The translations under genes and the position numbers were made by a program. Positions 32,520 through 43,545 of a stretch of DNA of 64,000 bases are shown piece after piece. Under the pieces are notes generated by a model. It was not told where the DNA came from and ran no database searches. It saw only the letters and a list, made by a program, of their open reading frames with translations. Origin of the DNA: Thermoanaerobaculia bacterium (GTDB lineage Bacteria; Acidobacteriota; Thermoanaerobaculia; Multivoradales; JAGPDF01); assembly GCA_963719555.1 (NCBI GenBank), contig CAVRCL010000005.1, positions 201,606-265,605 on the forward strand. The letters run 5' to 3'. Each line of letters begins with the position of its first letter. Position 1 is the stretch's first letter.

Positions 32520-32930
32520 GGGCGCGGACGGAAGGGGGACGCCGGCGGCAGGAGGCTGGCCAGCAGGCGTTCGAGCTCGCGGCGAAAGTCGGCGAAGTCG
32601 GCGCCCGCAGCGCCGGGCTTGAAGTGGGCGATGAGGTCGCTCGCCGGCAGGCGGTCGCGCTCCGGCCAGCGGCGGTAGATCTCCCGCGCCCAGCGCTTCA
32701 AACGATGGCGTTCTACGGCGCCGCCGACCTTGCGGCTCGCGGTCTGGCCGAACGCGGGGTGCACCCTGATCGTTGTCCAGGCTGTGGAGGACGAGGAAAG
32801 AGCCGCCCTTGCGCCGGCCTTCGGCGTAACAGCGGCGGTAATCTTCGGTCTTGCGAAGGGTTTGGCTGCGCCTGAATCGCTCACTGGTGATCGGCGGGGC
32901 CGGCGGGGCCACCGGGGCCTGCGCGGTCAT
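32520..32930 (-). CDS. rnpA: ribonuclease P protein component; one frameshift
   Basis: ATG at 32930. SERFRRSQTLRKTEDYRRCYAEGRRKGGSFLVLHSLDNDQGAPRV, then in another frame RKVGGAVERHRLKRWAREIYRRWPERDRLPASDLIAHFKPGAAGADFADFRRELERLLASL. Confidence 0.7.
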
Positions 32931-33001
32931 CGGGCGACGGGCGATCGGGTGCTGCGGGTGTTTCGGGTCCTGCGGATCGCCTGCCGGCACCACGGCGGCG
33001 G

Positions 33002-33136
33002 TCAGACGGTGAGGCGTTTGCGACCCTTGCGGCGGCGGCGAGAAAGGACCTTGCGGCCATTCTTGGTGCTCATCCGCTCGCGAAAGCCGTGCGTCTTCTT
33101 GCGGCGACGATTGTTGGGTTGAAACGTGCGCTTCAC
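33002..33136 (-). CDS. rpmH: 50S ribosomal protein L34
   Basis: GTG start. [44 protein letters not shown] is a near-canonical L34. Confidence 0.9.
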   Translation of the reverse strand: MKRTFQPNNRRRKKTHGFRERMSTKNGRKVLSRRRRKGRKRLTV

Positions 33137-33329
33137 GGGATTCCACCTTTCGTTCGAGCCTTTGCGGCCTTCAGGCCCAGCTGTCCGCATCTTCCAATAG
33201 AGCCGCACTAGGCTGCCCTACCCGATTCCGAGCCGCCTATTCTAAGCCAGGGGCGGCCCTGGGTCAAAGCACTGTATATGGGTGCAGCGGATCGCACGGA
33301 CCTTACAGATTGTGGCGCTCTGGGTGTCG

Positions 33330-33419
<90 letters not shown>

Positions 33420-33439
33420 CGGTGTTGTTCCTGATTGGA

Positions 33440-33529
<90 letters not shown>

Positions 33530-33631
33530 CGTTCACAGCCGTCTTCTCAAAGAACCCGTGGCGCGAGGCGGGAACTGCTCTCTCCCCGGCCCGTTCGCCC
33601 TACTCTTTCCGCTGCCCCTTCTGCGGCACCG

Positions 33632-34222
<591 letters not shown>

Positions 34223-34262
34223 TTACAGCGCCGCCCGTCGCCATTACGATGCAGTCGACCGC

Positions 34263-34391
34263 GAGCCGGAAGCGAAGGGTTCAGGTCCTGTGCATCGAAC
34301 GGTTCCGAACCTCGTCAGGCCCGGAAGGGAGCAGCGATAAGGTCCTCGCTTCGGGTGCCGCAGGAGTGCCGGAACCCTTCGCCTCCGGCTC
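34263..34391 (+). ncRNA. ffs: signal recognition particle RNA (small, 4.5S type)
   Basis: GTCAGGCCCGGAAGGGAGCAGC (34314-34335) matches the conserved SRP RNA domain-IV motif (E. coli GUCAGGUCCGGAAGGAAGCAGC). The 5' GAGCCGGAAGCGAAGGGTTC pairs with the 3' GAACCCTTCGCCTCCGGCTC. A TTTACA-N17-TACGAT promoter lies upstream, in the classic position before dnaX. Confidence 0.65.
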
Positions 34392-34402
34392 GACACAATT
34401 CC

Positions 34403-36100
34403 ATGGCCTACCAGGTTCTCGCCCGCAAGTGGCGCCCGCAGGACTTCGCGTCGCTGATCGGCCAACAGGCCGTCGTGACGGCGCTCTCGAATGCGCTGCG
34501 CGAGGGCCGCATCGCGCAGGCCTATCTCTTCTCCGGCATCCGCGGCGTCGGCAAGACGACCGCCGCGCGCGTCTTCGCGAAGGCGCTCAACTGCGAGCGT
34601 GGCACCGCCAACGGGCCGTGCAACGAGTGCGCGACCTGCGAGGAGATCACCAAGGGCGCCGACATGGACGTGCTCGAGATCGACGCCGCGACCTACTCGA
34701 AAGTCGAGCAGGTGCGCGAGCTCGCCGAGAGCCTGAAGTACGGGCCGGCGCGCGATCGCTACAAGGTCGTCGTGCTCGACGAAGTCCATCGTCTCTCCCG
34801 CCAGGCGTTCGACGCGCTGCTGAAGATCGTCGAAGAGCCGCCGCCGCGCCTCGTCTTCATCTTCGCCACCACCGAGATCGAAGCGGTGCCGGCGACGATC
34901 CTCTCGCGCTGCCAGGAGTTCCACTTCCGCCGGGTCTCGAATGTCGAGGCCGTCGCCCACCTGCGCCACATCTGCGTCGAGGAGAAGATCGCCGCGAGCG
35001 ATGCGGCGTTGGCGCTTCTCGCCCGCGCCGGCGAAGGAAGCGTGCGCGATTCCGTCGCCCTGCTCGATCAGTTGGCCACCTTCGGCAACGGCGTGGTCGA
35101 CGAGAACGAGGCGATCCGCCTGCTCGGCGGTATCGATCTTGCGCTGTTTCAGAAGGTCCTCCTCGCGATCCTCGCCGGCGACACGCCGGGCGTCTCGCGC
35201 CTCGCGCTCGAGGTCGAAGAGAACGGCTGGGATCCGCGCACGGTGCACGCGCACTTCCTCTCCTTCTGCCGCGACGGGCTGCACCTCGCGCTGGGAGAGA
35301 GCGGCGAAGCGTTGGCCCTCCCCGCCGAGGAGCGCAAGGCGCTGGCAGAGATCGCCAAGCGCGCCGGGTACGAGAATCTCCTGCGCCTGCTGCACCACCT
35401 CCTGGGAAGCGAGAGCGCGATCCGCCGCAGCGAGGCCGGTTCGCTGGCGCTCGAGATCGCCTGGCTGCGGGCGGCCGAGCTGCCGCGCCTGGTCGCGATC
35501 GAGCGCTATCTCGCCGGCGCAACGCCCGAAGCCGCCGCGCCTCCGCTGCCGCCGATGATACCGACGACACCGCGCTCTCCGGTGACGCCGGGGGCGGGGG
35601 CGGCAACGCCGCCGCCCGCCGCGGCTGCTGTCGCGGTGCCCGCCGGCGGCGGCGTCACCGCGTTTCTCGAGCAGCTCGTCCTGCGCCGACCGACCCTGGC
35701 CGCGCAACTCGAGAGCCTCGCCTCGCTCGCCTGGAACGACGCCGACCACACCCTGGTCGTGCGTCCCAACGACGAGCTGGCGGCGGTCTCGCTGGCGCGC
35801 GCCAACAATCGCGATCTGATGGCGAGCGCGGCCATCGCCGCTTTCGGTCCCGAGGCCACCTTCCGCTTTGCCCGCACCGAGGTCGCCGTCGCGGCGCCGG
35901 CGCCGTCGGCGCCGATGGCCCCAACGGTCGCCGAGGAGCGCCGGGCCAGAGTCGGTGAGCACCCGCGGGTGCAGGCGGTGCTCGAGATCTTCGGCGGCGC
36001 CGTCGCCCAGGTCGAATCCCCGACGGCGGCCGAACCGGTCCAGCCGCCCGACGACACGCGCGACGAAGAACCTTCCACTACCGAGGATCCTGTTCGATGA
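34403..36100 (+). CDS. dnaX: DNA polymerase III subunits gamma/tau
   Basis: [32 protein letters not shown]...[23 protein letters not shown], Zn-finger CNECATCEE, box [11 protein letters not shown]. The ORF-track start at 34184 is rejected because SRP RNA occupies that region. Confidence 0.9.
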   Translation: MAYQVLARKWRPQDFASLIGQQAVVTALSNALREGRIAQAYLFSGIRGVGKTTAARVFAKALNCERGTANGPCNECATCEEITKGADMDVLEIDAATYSKVEQVRELAESLKYGPARDRYKVVVLDEVHRLSRQAFDALLKIVEEPPPRLVFIFATTEIEAVPATILSRCQEFHFRRVSNVEAVAHLRHICVEEKIAASDAALALLARAGEGSVRDSVALLDQLATFGNGVVDENEAIRLLGGIDLALFQKVLLAILAGDTPGVSRLALEVEENGWDPRTVHAHFLSFCRDGLHLALGESGEALALPAEERKALAEIAKRAGYENLLRLLHHLLGSESAIRRSEAGSLALEIAWLRAAELPRLVAIERYLAGATPEAAAPPLPPMIPTTPRSPVTPGAGAATPPPAAAAVAVPAGGGVTAFLEQLVLRRPTLAAQLESLASLAWNDADHTLVVRPNDELAAVSLARANNRDLMASAAIAAFGPEATFRFARTEVAVAAPAPSAPMAPTVAEERRARVGEHPRVQAVLEIFGGAVAQVESPTAAEPVQPPDDTRDEEPSTTEDPVR

Positions 36101-36390
36101 ACATCCAGAAGCTGATGAAGCAGGCGCAGCAGATGCAGGAGAAGATGCAGCGTGAGCTCGCGGAGCTGGTCGTCGAGGCGACCGCCGGCGGCGGCATGGT
36201 GCGCGTCCGGATGAGCGGCCACAAACAGCTCCTCGGTGTGACGATCGACCCTGAAGTGATGGACCCGGCCGACCCGGCGATGCTGCAGGATCTCGTGCTC
36301 GCGGCGGTCAACGAGGCGACGCGCAAAGTCGACGAAGCGATGCAATCGAAGCTCGGGGCGTTCTCCGGCGGCCTGCCGGGAATGATGTAG
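36097..36390 (+). CDS. ybaB: YbaB/EbfC nucleoid-associated protein
   Basis: [23 protein letters not shown]...[24 protein letters not shown]. 4-nt overlap with dnaX. Confidence 0.9.
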   Translation: MNIQKLMKQAQQMQEKMQRELAELVVEATAGGGMVRVRMSGHKQLLGVTIDPEVMDPADPAMLQDLVLAAVNEATRKVDEAMQSKLGAFSGGLPGMM

Positions 36391-36430
36391 CGGCCGCTCC
36401 GGCACGCCGCCTCGCCCGCCCACCTACGCC

Positions 36431-37024
36431 ATGCCCGATCCCCTCTCGACCCTGGTCTCGGAGCTCGCCCGCCTGCCCGGGATCGGGCCCAAGACCGCCA
36501 CGCGGCTCGCGCACCATCTGCTGCGCGTGCCGCTCGAGCAGGCGCGCCGGCTCGCCGAAGCCGTCCTCGAGGTCAAGGAGAAGCTCTTTCACTGTTCGCT
36601 CTGCAACGCCATCACCGCCGTCGATCCGTGCCGCATCTGCAGCGATCCGACGCGCGACCGGAGCTGCATCTGCGTCGTCGAGGAGCCGTTCAACATCCAG
36701 CCTCTCGAGCGCACGGGTGAGTTTCACGGCCTCTTTCACGTGCTGCTCGGCAGTCTTTCGCCGCAGCGCGGTGTCGGTCCGTCGGAGCTCCGCATCGACG
36801 GACTCCTCCGTCGGCTGGATGGGCCCCCGGCGATCGCCGAGGTGATCGTCGCGACCAATCCGAACGTCGAAGGAGAGGCCACCGCGCTCTATCTCGCGCG
36901 GCTCCTCAAGGGCCGCGTGCCGCGCGTCTCGCGACTCGCTTTCGGCATGCCGGTCGGCGGCGATATCGAGTACACCGACGAAGTCACCCTCGGCCGCTCG
37001 CTCGCCGGGCGGCGCGACATCTAG
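36431..37024 (+). CDS. recR: recombination protein RecR
   Basis: LARLPGIGPKTATRLAHHLL, C4 zinc finger CSLCNAITAVDPCRIC, Toprim region. Confidence 0.9.
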   Translation: MPDPLSTLVSELARLPGIGPKTATRLAHHLLRVPLEQARRLAEAVLEVKEKLFHCSLCNAITAVDPCRICSDPTRDRSCICVVEEPFNIQPLERTGEFHGLFHVLLGSLSPQRGVGPSELRIDGLLRRLDGPPAIAEVIVATNPNVEGEATALYLARLLKGRVPRVSRLAFGMPVGGDIEYTDEVTLGRSLAGRRDI

Positions 37025-37026
37025 AG

Positions 37027-38334
37027 ATGCCCCAGGCGCTCGCGCGCGGCGACCTCCTGCCGCAGATCCTCACCGCCCTGCCCGGCCCGGCGAGCTGCGC
37101 TCTCGCCCTCGACCTCGGGGGCCACGAGGCCCCGGGGATCAACACCCTGGGCCCGGCCGGCGAGCCCGCGGTGGTCTGGCACTCGGCGCTCGGCGCCAAT
37201 GTTCTCGATGTCGACGGCAACCGCTTCCTCGACCTTACTTCCGGTTTCGGCGCCGCCACCGTCGGCCACCGCCACCCGCGCGTCGTGGCCGCGCTCGCGC
37301 GGCAGGCGACCGAGCTCCTGCATGGCCTCGGCGACGTTGCCGCGCATCCGGCGCGGATCGCGCTCGCCTGCCGGCTGTGCGCTCTGGCGCCGGTCGACTC
37401 GCCGCGCGTCCATTTCGCGGTCTCCGGCGCCGATGCGGTCGAGATCGCCTGGAAGACCGCCCTCCTCGCGACCGGCAGGCGCCGGCTTCTCGCCTTCGAT
37501 CCCGGCTACCACGGCCTGACGTTCGGCGCCCTGGCCGCGAGCTCGCGGCGCGAGTTCCGCGCCCCCTTCGCGGCCCAGCTCTCGCCGCACGTCGCGCGCC
37601 TGCCCTTCGCCTGCGACCTCGAGCGCGTGGCGGAGCAGCTCGCCGCCGAGCCCGCCGGAGACGGCGGCGGCGGGGTCGCGGCGGTCCTCGTCGAACCGAT
37701 CGTCGGTCGCGAGGGCATCCTCGTGCCGCCCGCCGGATGGCTCGCCGGTCTCGCCCGGCTCTGCCGCGAGGCCGGCGCCGTCCTGATTCTCGACGAGATC
37801 CTCACCGGCTTCGGGCGCACCGGTCGCATGTTCGCCTGCGATCACGAAGCGGTGCGGCCCGATCTGCTGTGTTGTGGCAAGGCGCTCGGCGGCGGTCTGC
37901 CGCTCGCCGCGGTGGTCGGAAGATCCGACCTGATGAACGCCTGGCGCACCGGCGGCGAGGCGCTGCACACCGGCACCTTCGTCGCCCACCCGCTCGCCTG
38001 CGCCGCCGCGCTCGCCACTCTGGAGCTCATCGCGGACGAAGCTCTGATCGCGCGCGCCGCGGCGCTCGGCGACCGGATCGCGGCGGCGCTCGCGCCGGCG
38101 CTCCCTGCCGGCATCGTGCTGCGCGGCCGTGGCGCCCTCTGGGGTCTCGAGCTTCCGGACGCTGCCGCGGCCGCGACTCTCGTCGATCTGCTGCGGCGGC
38201 GCGGTCTGCTGCTGTTGCGCGGAGGTCCGTCGGGCCGGGTCGTCGAGCTCCTGCCACCGCTGGTCATCTCCGCCGACCAGCTCGGCTTCGCCCTCGCCGC
38301 GCTGCGCGACGCGCTCGCCAGTCTGCGCCGATGA
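37027..38334 (+). CDS. class-III pyridoxal-phosphate-dependent aminotransferase
   Basis: Intact 435 aa. DVDGNRFLDLTSGFGAATVGHRHP, ILDEILTGFGRTGRMFA, CCGKALGGGLPLAAVVG (PLP-lysine region). Confidence 0.8.
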   Translation: MPQALARGDLLPQILTALPGPASCALALDLGGHEAPGINTLGPAGEPAVVWHSALGANVLDVDGNRFLDLTSGFGAATVGHRHPRVVAALARQATELLHGLGDVAAHPARIALACRLCALAPVDSPRVHFAVSGADAVEIAWKTALLATGRRRLLAFDPGYHGLTFGALAASSRREFRAPFAAQLSPHVARLPFACDLERVAEQLAAEPAGDGGGGVAAVLVEPIVGREGILVPPAGWLAGLARLCREAGAVLILDEILTGFGRTGRMFACDHEAVRPDLLCCGKALGGGLPLAAVVGRSDLMNAWRTGGEALHTGTFVAHPLACAAALATLELIADEALIARAAALGDRIAAALAPALPAGIVLRGRGALWGLELPDAAAAATLVDLLRRRGLLLLRGGPSGRVVELLPPLVISADQLGFALAALRDALASLRR

Positions 38335-38358
38335 CAGGAACGAAATGAGGCGGCCGAA

Positions 38359-38925
38359 ATGACCCAAGCGAGCCTGAAGGTCGCCTTCATCGGCAGCCAT
38401 GGCGTCGGCAAGACGACCCTCTGCTACGGCCTCGCCGCCCGGCTCAAGCGCCGCGACGTTGCGCTCGAGATCGTGCACGAGGTCGCCCGACGCTGCCCGC
38501 TGCCGATCAACTCGGTGACCACGGCCGAGGCGCAGCGCTGGATACTCCATACCCAGATCGCCGAGGAGATCCTCGCCGCGGCGCGCTATCCCGTCGTGCT
38601 GTGCGATCGCAGCGTCCTCGACAACTACGTCTACTTTCTTCTCGCCGCCGGACCCGACCCGGCGCTCGACCGGCTGGTCTCCGATTGGCTCGGCGGCTAC
38701 GACCTGCTGATCCAGGTGCCGATTCTCGCCGCGCCGCAGGCCGACGGCATCCGCGCCGCCGACCCGACCTTTCAGCGCGCCGTCGACGAGCGCCTGCGCG
38801 ACGAAGTTGCGGCGCGCGGCATCCCGACAATGGATCTCGCCGCCGGCCGCTTCGCCGACTGGCTCGACGAGGTCGAGGCCGAGGCCCTGCGGCGGCTGCG
38901 GCCGGCCCAGCTCGAGCTGCTCTAG
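38359..38925 (+). CDS. P-loop NTPase (AAA-type ATP-binding protein), function unknown
   Basis: KVAFIGSHGVGKTTLCYGLAARL Walker A; 188 aa, intact. Confidence 0.6.
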   Translation: MTQASLKVAFIGSHGVGKTTLCYGLAARLKRRDVALEIVHEVARRCPLPINSVTTAEAQRWILHTQIAEEILAAARYPVVLCDRSVLDNYVYFLLAAGPDPALDRLVSDWLGGYDLLIQVPILAAPQADGIRAADPTFQRAVDERLRDEVAARGIPTMDLAAGRFADWLDEVEAEALRRLRPAQLELL

Positions 38926-38941
38926 GCGCGCTCGCCGACAG

Positions 38942-40399
38942 TTACGACGGCAGCCCCCAGGCAACGATGGTTCCCGACTCGAACGAGTCGGAGAAGATGT
39001 GGTTGTTGCCCAGCCGCAACGTGCCGAAATCCCAGTTGCCGGCAGCAAATTCCCCGGCTCCTGCGACGACGGGCTTGCCGCTCGTCGTGGTGACACAGGT
39101 CGGCCAGTCGTTGCCGGCGCCACTCCCTGCCGGCGGCAGATCCCAGACCGCGCGCCCGTCGCTCGCCGGACCGAAGGTCGGATCGAGCTCGCCGCTCAGC
39201 GTGAAGCGCGCGATGCCGATGTCGGCGACATTCCCCGCCAGACCGGTCGTCGCCTGGGCGGCGACGAGCACCTTGCCGTCGGTGGTGAGCGCCATGCGGT
39301 TGCCGCCGCTCGCGCCGTCGCCGCTCGCGCCGCCCTGGTCGAAACTGACGAAGGTCGTGTTGCCGTTGCCAAAGCCCCAATCGGTGCTCAGGGTGCCGTC
39401 GGCCCGAAGCTGGGTCACGAACAGATAGTTGTAACCGATGGGATCGCCGATCTCGCCGGCGAAGAGGATCCGGCCGTCGGGACGCACCGCGACGGAGCGG
39501 GCGACGGTGTTCACCCCGTAGTCGAGAAGGTATCTCCCGCCGTTGAAACCAAAGAGGGGGTCGAGCGCGACGGTCGACAGGAGCCGCGCGATGGCGGCGG
39601 AGTTGTAGATCCCGGCGGTCGGTCGCCCGACGCCGACGAGCACCACCTTGCCATCCGCTTGGAGCGCGATCGCCGTCGGTCCGCCGGTCGGCACGCCCGG
39701 AATCGTGAACGATGTCGCGCCCAGGGACGCGCCGTCGGCGGCCCGCTTCTCGATCGCCCAGACGCCGTCGCTGCCGTCCGTCTCCTGGCCCGCGAGCCAG
39801 ATCGTGCCGGCGGCGGGATCGATGGCGACCGCGGTGATCGCGCGCTGCGTGAGGACAATGTAAAGACCGAAGGTGGTGTCGTAGACGCCGCCGGCGGTGA
39901 CGCGCAGGAAGAAACCGATCCTCGAGCCGAGCTCCAGGATCGTGCCCGCCAGGATGTAGCCCGCGCCGGAGGGCTCGCGCGCCATCGCCAGGACGAGAGG
40001 ATCGGAGTAAAACGCGGGCGTGCCCGGGCTGAAAGAGAGCCGGCCGCCCGACCCGAAAAGGGGGTCGAGCAGTCCGGTCGCCGCCAGTCTCGCGACGGCG
40101 ATCTTGTGGCCCGAACCGTCCTCTTCGGTGGCTCTGCCGGCGAGCACGACGCCGCCGTCCGACTCCGCGGCGCAGGCCGACGCGAAATCGTAACCCGCGC
40201 CGCCGAGATTGAAGGCGACCGAGGACGTCCCGCCGGTGGGATCAGGGAGGCCGTCCACGGCCGAGACGGGTGCGGCAATCGCGAGCAGGAAGCCCGCGGC
40301 GGCCAAAGCCCGACGCGGCAGGCTGGTGAAACGCGACCGCGCCGGTGCGGGTGAAACTGCGGGTGCAACGTGGGTGAGATTCTTCCGACGCTCGAGCAT
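38942..40399 (-). CDS. secreted delta-60-repeat protein with the conserved C-terminal tail (IFSDSFESGTIVAWGLPS); intact
   Basis: Signal peptide RRALAAAGFLLAIAAPVSAVDG. Repeated ..DG.(I/V)(L/V)(L/V)AG and LDP(L/T)FG units. Ends NWDFGTLRLGNNHIFSDSFESGTIVAWGLPS*. Confidence 0.75.
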   Translation of the reverse strand: MLERRKNLTHVAPAVSPAPARSRFTSLPRRALAAAGFLLAIAAPVSAVDGLPDPTGGTSSVAFNLGGAGYDFASACAAESDGGVVLAGRATEEDGSGHKIAVARLAATGLLDPLFGSGGRLSFSPGTPAFYSDPLVLAMAREPSGAGYILAGTILELGSRIGFFLRVTAGGVYDTTFGLYIVLTQRAITAVAIDPAAGTIWLAGQETDGSDGVWAIEKRAADGASLGATSFTIPGVPTGGPTAIALQADGKVVLVGVGRPTAGIYNSAAIARLLSTVALDPLFGFNGGRYLLDYGVNTVARSVAVRPDGRILFAGEIGDPIGYNYLFVTQLRADGTLSTDWGFGNGNTTFVSFDQGGASGDGASGGNRMALTTDGKVLVAAQATTGLAGNVADIGIARFTLSGELDPTFGPASDGRAVWDLPPAGSGAGNDWPTCVTTTSGKPVVAGAGEFAAGNWDFGTLRLGNNHIFSDSFESGTIVAWGLPS

Positions 40400-40561
40400 G
40401 GACTGTCTCCTTGACCGGACACGCGCCCTTCTCGCCCGAAAAGGCTCAGCGGTTGGACCGCGAGGCCAACCGTTCGGGGTTGAACAGAGGGTGAAGTGTG
40501 CCGGAGGTCGAGCTTTTCCGCAAGGCTCGCGGCGGCGAGCGAAAGAAGGCCGGCCTGGCCT

Positions 40562-41359
40562 TCAGCGCTCGATCGGCGTCACCGGCCGCACCGCGCCGAG
40601 CGGCGCGTCTCCGGGATAGAGCACGCGCTCGAGGAAGAGACCCGAGGGCGGTGCCGTGGTCTCCGCCGGCTGGAACTCGGCCGGCTTCGCCGGCCCCTGG
40701 GGAGCGAGCAGTCCTTCGAGGGCCGCCAGGGTCAACGTGCCGCCGCCGACCTCCACCAGGGCGCCGACGACACGCCGCACCATCTTCCACAGGAAGTGCG
40801 ACGCCACGACACGCACCAGGATGAGCTCGCCGGCGGTTTCGACCTCGCAGCGCTCGACCACGACCACCGTCGAGGTCTGCTCGAGCGGCTTCTCGCAGAA
40901 GCGGGCGAAGTCGTGCCGCCCGGCAAGCAGCGCCGCCCCGGCGCGCATCGCGCCGACATCGAGCGGCCGCCGCACCCACCAGACGAAGCGCTTGGCGAGC
41001 GCCGTGCGGCGCCGCGAGATCTGGTAGACGTAGCTGCGCGAGGTCGCCGTGTGACGGGCGTGGAAGCGCTCGCCGGCCGGCTCCAGCGCAAGCAGGTGAA
41101 TGTCGGCCGGCAGCGCCTCGTTGACCGCGCGCAGGACCTCTTCGCGGCGCAGCTTCCCCGCGGTCTTCAAATGCGCCACCTGCGCCAGGGCATGGACGCC
41201 GGCGTCGGTTCGGCCCGAGCCGCCGAGCTCGACCTTCTCGCCGGCGACCGCCTCGATGGCCTGCCGCACCTCGCCAGCAACCGTGCGCGCGTTCTTCTGT
41301 TCCTGCCAGCCGCGGTAGCGGGTGCCTTCGTATTCGATGGTCAGGCGATAGGTGGGCAT
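40562..41359 (-). CDS. truA: tRNA pseudouridine(38-40) synthase
   Basis: MPTYRLTIEYEGTRYRGWQ...RTDAGVHALAQVAHL (catalytic Asp), RSYVYQI. Confidence 0.85.
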   Translation of the reverse strand: MPTYRLTIEYEGTRYRGWQEQKNARTVAGEVRQAIEAVAGEKVELGGSGRTDAGVHALAQVAHLKTAGKLRREEVLRAVNEALPADIHLLALEPAGERFHARHTATSRSYVYQISRRRTALAKRFVWWVRRPLDVGAMRAGAALLAGRHDFARFCEKPLEQTSTVVVVERCEVETAGELILVRVVASHFLWKMVRRVVGALVEVGGGTLTLAALEGLLAPQGPAKPAEFQPAETTAPPSGLFLERVLYPGDAPLGAVRPVTPIER

Positions 41360-41382
41360 TTGGACGCTACAATAGCGGTACT

Positions 41383-42369
41383 TTGGGACTTGCTTCGAGG
41401 CTCTCTCAGATCGCGCTCTTCGCGCACTTCCGCCCGGCGGAGCTCGAGGCGCTCGCAACCTGCGCCGTCGGGCGCGTCTATCCGGCGCAGACCGGCATCC
41501 TCAAGCAGGGCGAACCGAGCTTCGACGTCTACGTCGTCGACCGCGGGCTGGTCGACATCCAGCGCGAGACGCCCTACGGCCCGTTCACCATCGCCCAACT
41601 CGGCAGCGGCCAGATCTTCGGCGAGGCGAGCTTCGTCGATTCGAGCCCGCGCTCGGGCGACGTCGTGGCGCGCACCGAAGCCGCGGTCATCGCGCTGCTC
41701 TCGGCCCCCACCCGCGAGCTGATCCTCCACGACCAGCGCGTCGCGGTGGCGCTCTACTGGGCGTTCTGGAAGAGTCTCTCGACCAAGCTGCGCAGCACCA
41801 ACGACCAGCTCGGCCGGTTCTTCGCCCACGCCCCCCAGGGCGGCGCCGCCAAACCGCCGCTCCCCAAGCCGCCGACCGGCGAGTTCCGCCTCGACATCGC
41901 CGCCAAACGCGACCTCTTCGCCGAGCAGAAACTCTCCTCGCTGGAGATCAACTTCCTCACCTCTCTCTCGCGCGAGCGCAAGTTCAAGGCGGGACAGGTC
42001 GTCTTCCATGAGAACGATCCGGGCGACGCCATGTACGTCGTGCTCGAAGGCAGGATTCTGATCAGCAAGTTCATCCCCGGCGCCGGCGAAGAGGCGCTCG
42101 CCTTTCTCGAACGCGGCGACTACTTCGGCGAGATGGCGCTCATCGACCGCGCGCCGCGCTCGGCGCAGGCGCGGGCCCACGACGGCGGCGCCGTGGTGCT
42201 GTCGATTCCGGCCGAGGTGGTGGCGGGGATTCTCGATGTCCGCAAGATCTCCTCGCTGCCGCTGCTCAAGATTCTCTGCGGCCTGGTTGCCAAGCGCATG
42301 CGCGAAGTCGACGACAAGATCGTCGGTTGGTACATCCTCTCCGGCGGCGAGTCGAATCAGCCGGGCTGA
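41383..42369 (+). CDS. protein with two tandem cyclic-nucleotide-binding (cNMP/CAP-effector) domains
   Basis: Intact 328 aa. Two copies of the FGE(A/M) ... RSA... cNMP-binding signature (GQIFGEASFVDSSPRSGDVVA and GDYFGEMALIDRAPRSAQARA). Confidence 0.8.
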   Translation: MGLASRLSQIALFAHFRPAELEALATCAVGRVYPAQTGILKQGEPSFDVYVVDRGLVDIQRETPYGPFTIAQLGSGQIFGEASFVDSSPRSGDVVARTEAAVIALLSAPTRELILHDQRVAVALYWAFWKSLSTKLRSTNDQLGRFFAHAPQGGAAKPPLPKPPTGEFRLDIAAKRDLFAEQKLSSLEINFLTSLSRERKFKAGQVVFHENDPGDAMYVVLEGRILISKFIPGAGEEALAFLERGDYFGEMALIDRAPRSAQARAHDGGAVVLSIPAEVVAGILDVRKISSLPLLKILCGLVAKRMREVDDKIVGWYILSGGESNQPG

Positions 42370-43499
42370 AACCCGGCCCGCGAGAGGACCTTGCGCGCGA
42401 CGCCGGTGAGCGGCAGTTCGCCGACGGCGGCAATGTTCCACCAGCCGGCTTCAGAGCGATCGGCGCCATCGGCGCCCCCGGCGGCCTCGGACACGATGTC
42501 GTCGCGGGCGCGGAACGACGCCCGCCGGACCTCGATATCGAACGTGCTCGTGGTGATCGCGTGGCGCAGGCGCGCGATCGGCGCACCGAGGACCCAGGAA
42601 CCCGAATACCGGCGCGCGAGCAGCGCCTCGGGCGCCGTCTCTGCGCCGAGCTCCACCAGCGGGAACTCCCAGAGTCCGGCGAGCTGTCCCGCCGCGCCGC
42701 TGCGGCGGAAGAGGAGCAGCTGCCGGTCACGCTCGACGAAAGCCGCCAACTGCAAGACCCGCGTAACCGCCTGCCTCTTGGTGCGCGCCGGGAAGCTCTC
42801 GGCTGCGCCCAGCGCCCGGGCCTTGCAGTCGTCGCCCAGCGGGCAGGCCGGGCAGGCGGGCGCTCGGGGAGTGCAAACCGTCGCGCCGAGCTCCATCAGC
42901 GCCTGATTGCTGTCGCCTGGCCGGAGCGGGTCGAGGAGCCGGGCGGCGAGCTCCAGCAGGGCCGAACGACCCTTCCTGCTCTTCTGCCCCGCGCTCCGCG
43001 CCGCGAGCCGGCAGAGCACGCGCTCGACGTTGCCATCCAGGACCGGGACGCGCTCGGAGAAGGCGATGCTGGCAATCGCCGCCGCGGTGTAAGGACCGAC
43101 GCCGGGCAGGCGCTCGAGCTCGTGGGCGCTCGCCGGCAGCTCGCCGCCGGCGGCGACGATCGCCTTCGCCGCGGCGAGCAGTCCGCGGCAGCGCCGGTAG
43201 TAGCCGAGGCCCGACCACAGGGCGAGGACCTCCGCCTCCTCGGCAGCGGCCAGGCTGGCGACGTCGGGAAACCGCGCCAGAAAGCGCAGATAATAGGGAA
43301 TTGCCGTTTCGACCCGCGTCTGCTGGAGCATGATCTCCGAGATCCAGACGGCGTAGGGGTCAGGGGGCGCGCCGACCGACCGCCAGGGCAGAAGCCGCTG
43401 GTGGTCGTCGTACCATTGAAGAAGTGCGTGCGAATCCGGCACGGTGGGCAGTGTATCCGCCCAAGCTGGGGATGAATCCGCCAAAACGGCCGCGCCCAA
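42357..43499 (-). CDS. mutY: A/G-specific adenine DNA glycosylase
   Basis: YAVWISEIMLQQTRVETAIPYY, LPGVGPYTAAAIASIAF, Fe-S cluster CTPRAPACPACPLGDDC, NUDIX-like C-terminus. The ORF-track start at 43499 is TTG; a GTG at ~43436 (VPDSHALLQWY) is an alternative. Confidence 0.85.
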   Translation of the reverse strand: MGAAVLADSSPAWADTLPTVPDSHALLQWYDDHQRLLPWRSVGAPPDPYAVWISEIMLQQTRVETAIPYYLRFLARFPDVASLAAAEEAEVLALWSGLGYYRRCRGLLAAAKAIVAAGGELPASAHELERLPGVGPYTAAAIASIAFSERVPVLDGNVERVLCRLAARSAGQKSRKGRSALLELAARLLDPLRPGDSNQALMELGATVCTPRAPACPACPLGDDCKARALGAAESFPARTKRQAVTRVLQLAAFVERDRQLLLFRRSGAAGQLAGLWEFPLVELGAETAPEALLARRYSGSWVLGAPIARLRHAITTSTFDIEVRRASFRARDDIVSEAAGGADGADRSEAGWWNIAAVGELPLTGVARKVLSRAGFQPG

Positions 43500-43507
43500 A
43501 AAGAGAT

Positions 43508-43545
43508 CGGCCCCGGGTTGAACCGGGGCCGAAGAGAACTACCGC
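43508..43545 (-). terminator. candidate intrinsic terminator on the minus strand (GGCCCCGG-GTTGAA-CCGGGGCC then GATCTCTTTTT)
   Basis: Perfect 8-bp GC stem with a 6-nt loop; on the minus strand it is followed by a T5 run. Lies at the 3' side of a low-GC ORF-free stretch. Confidence 0.4.
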
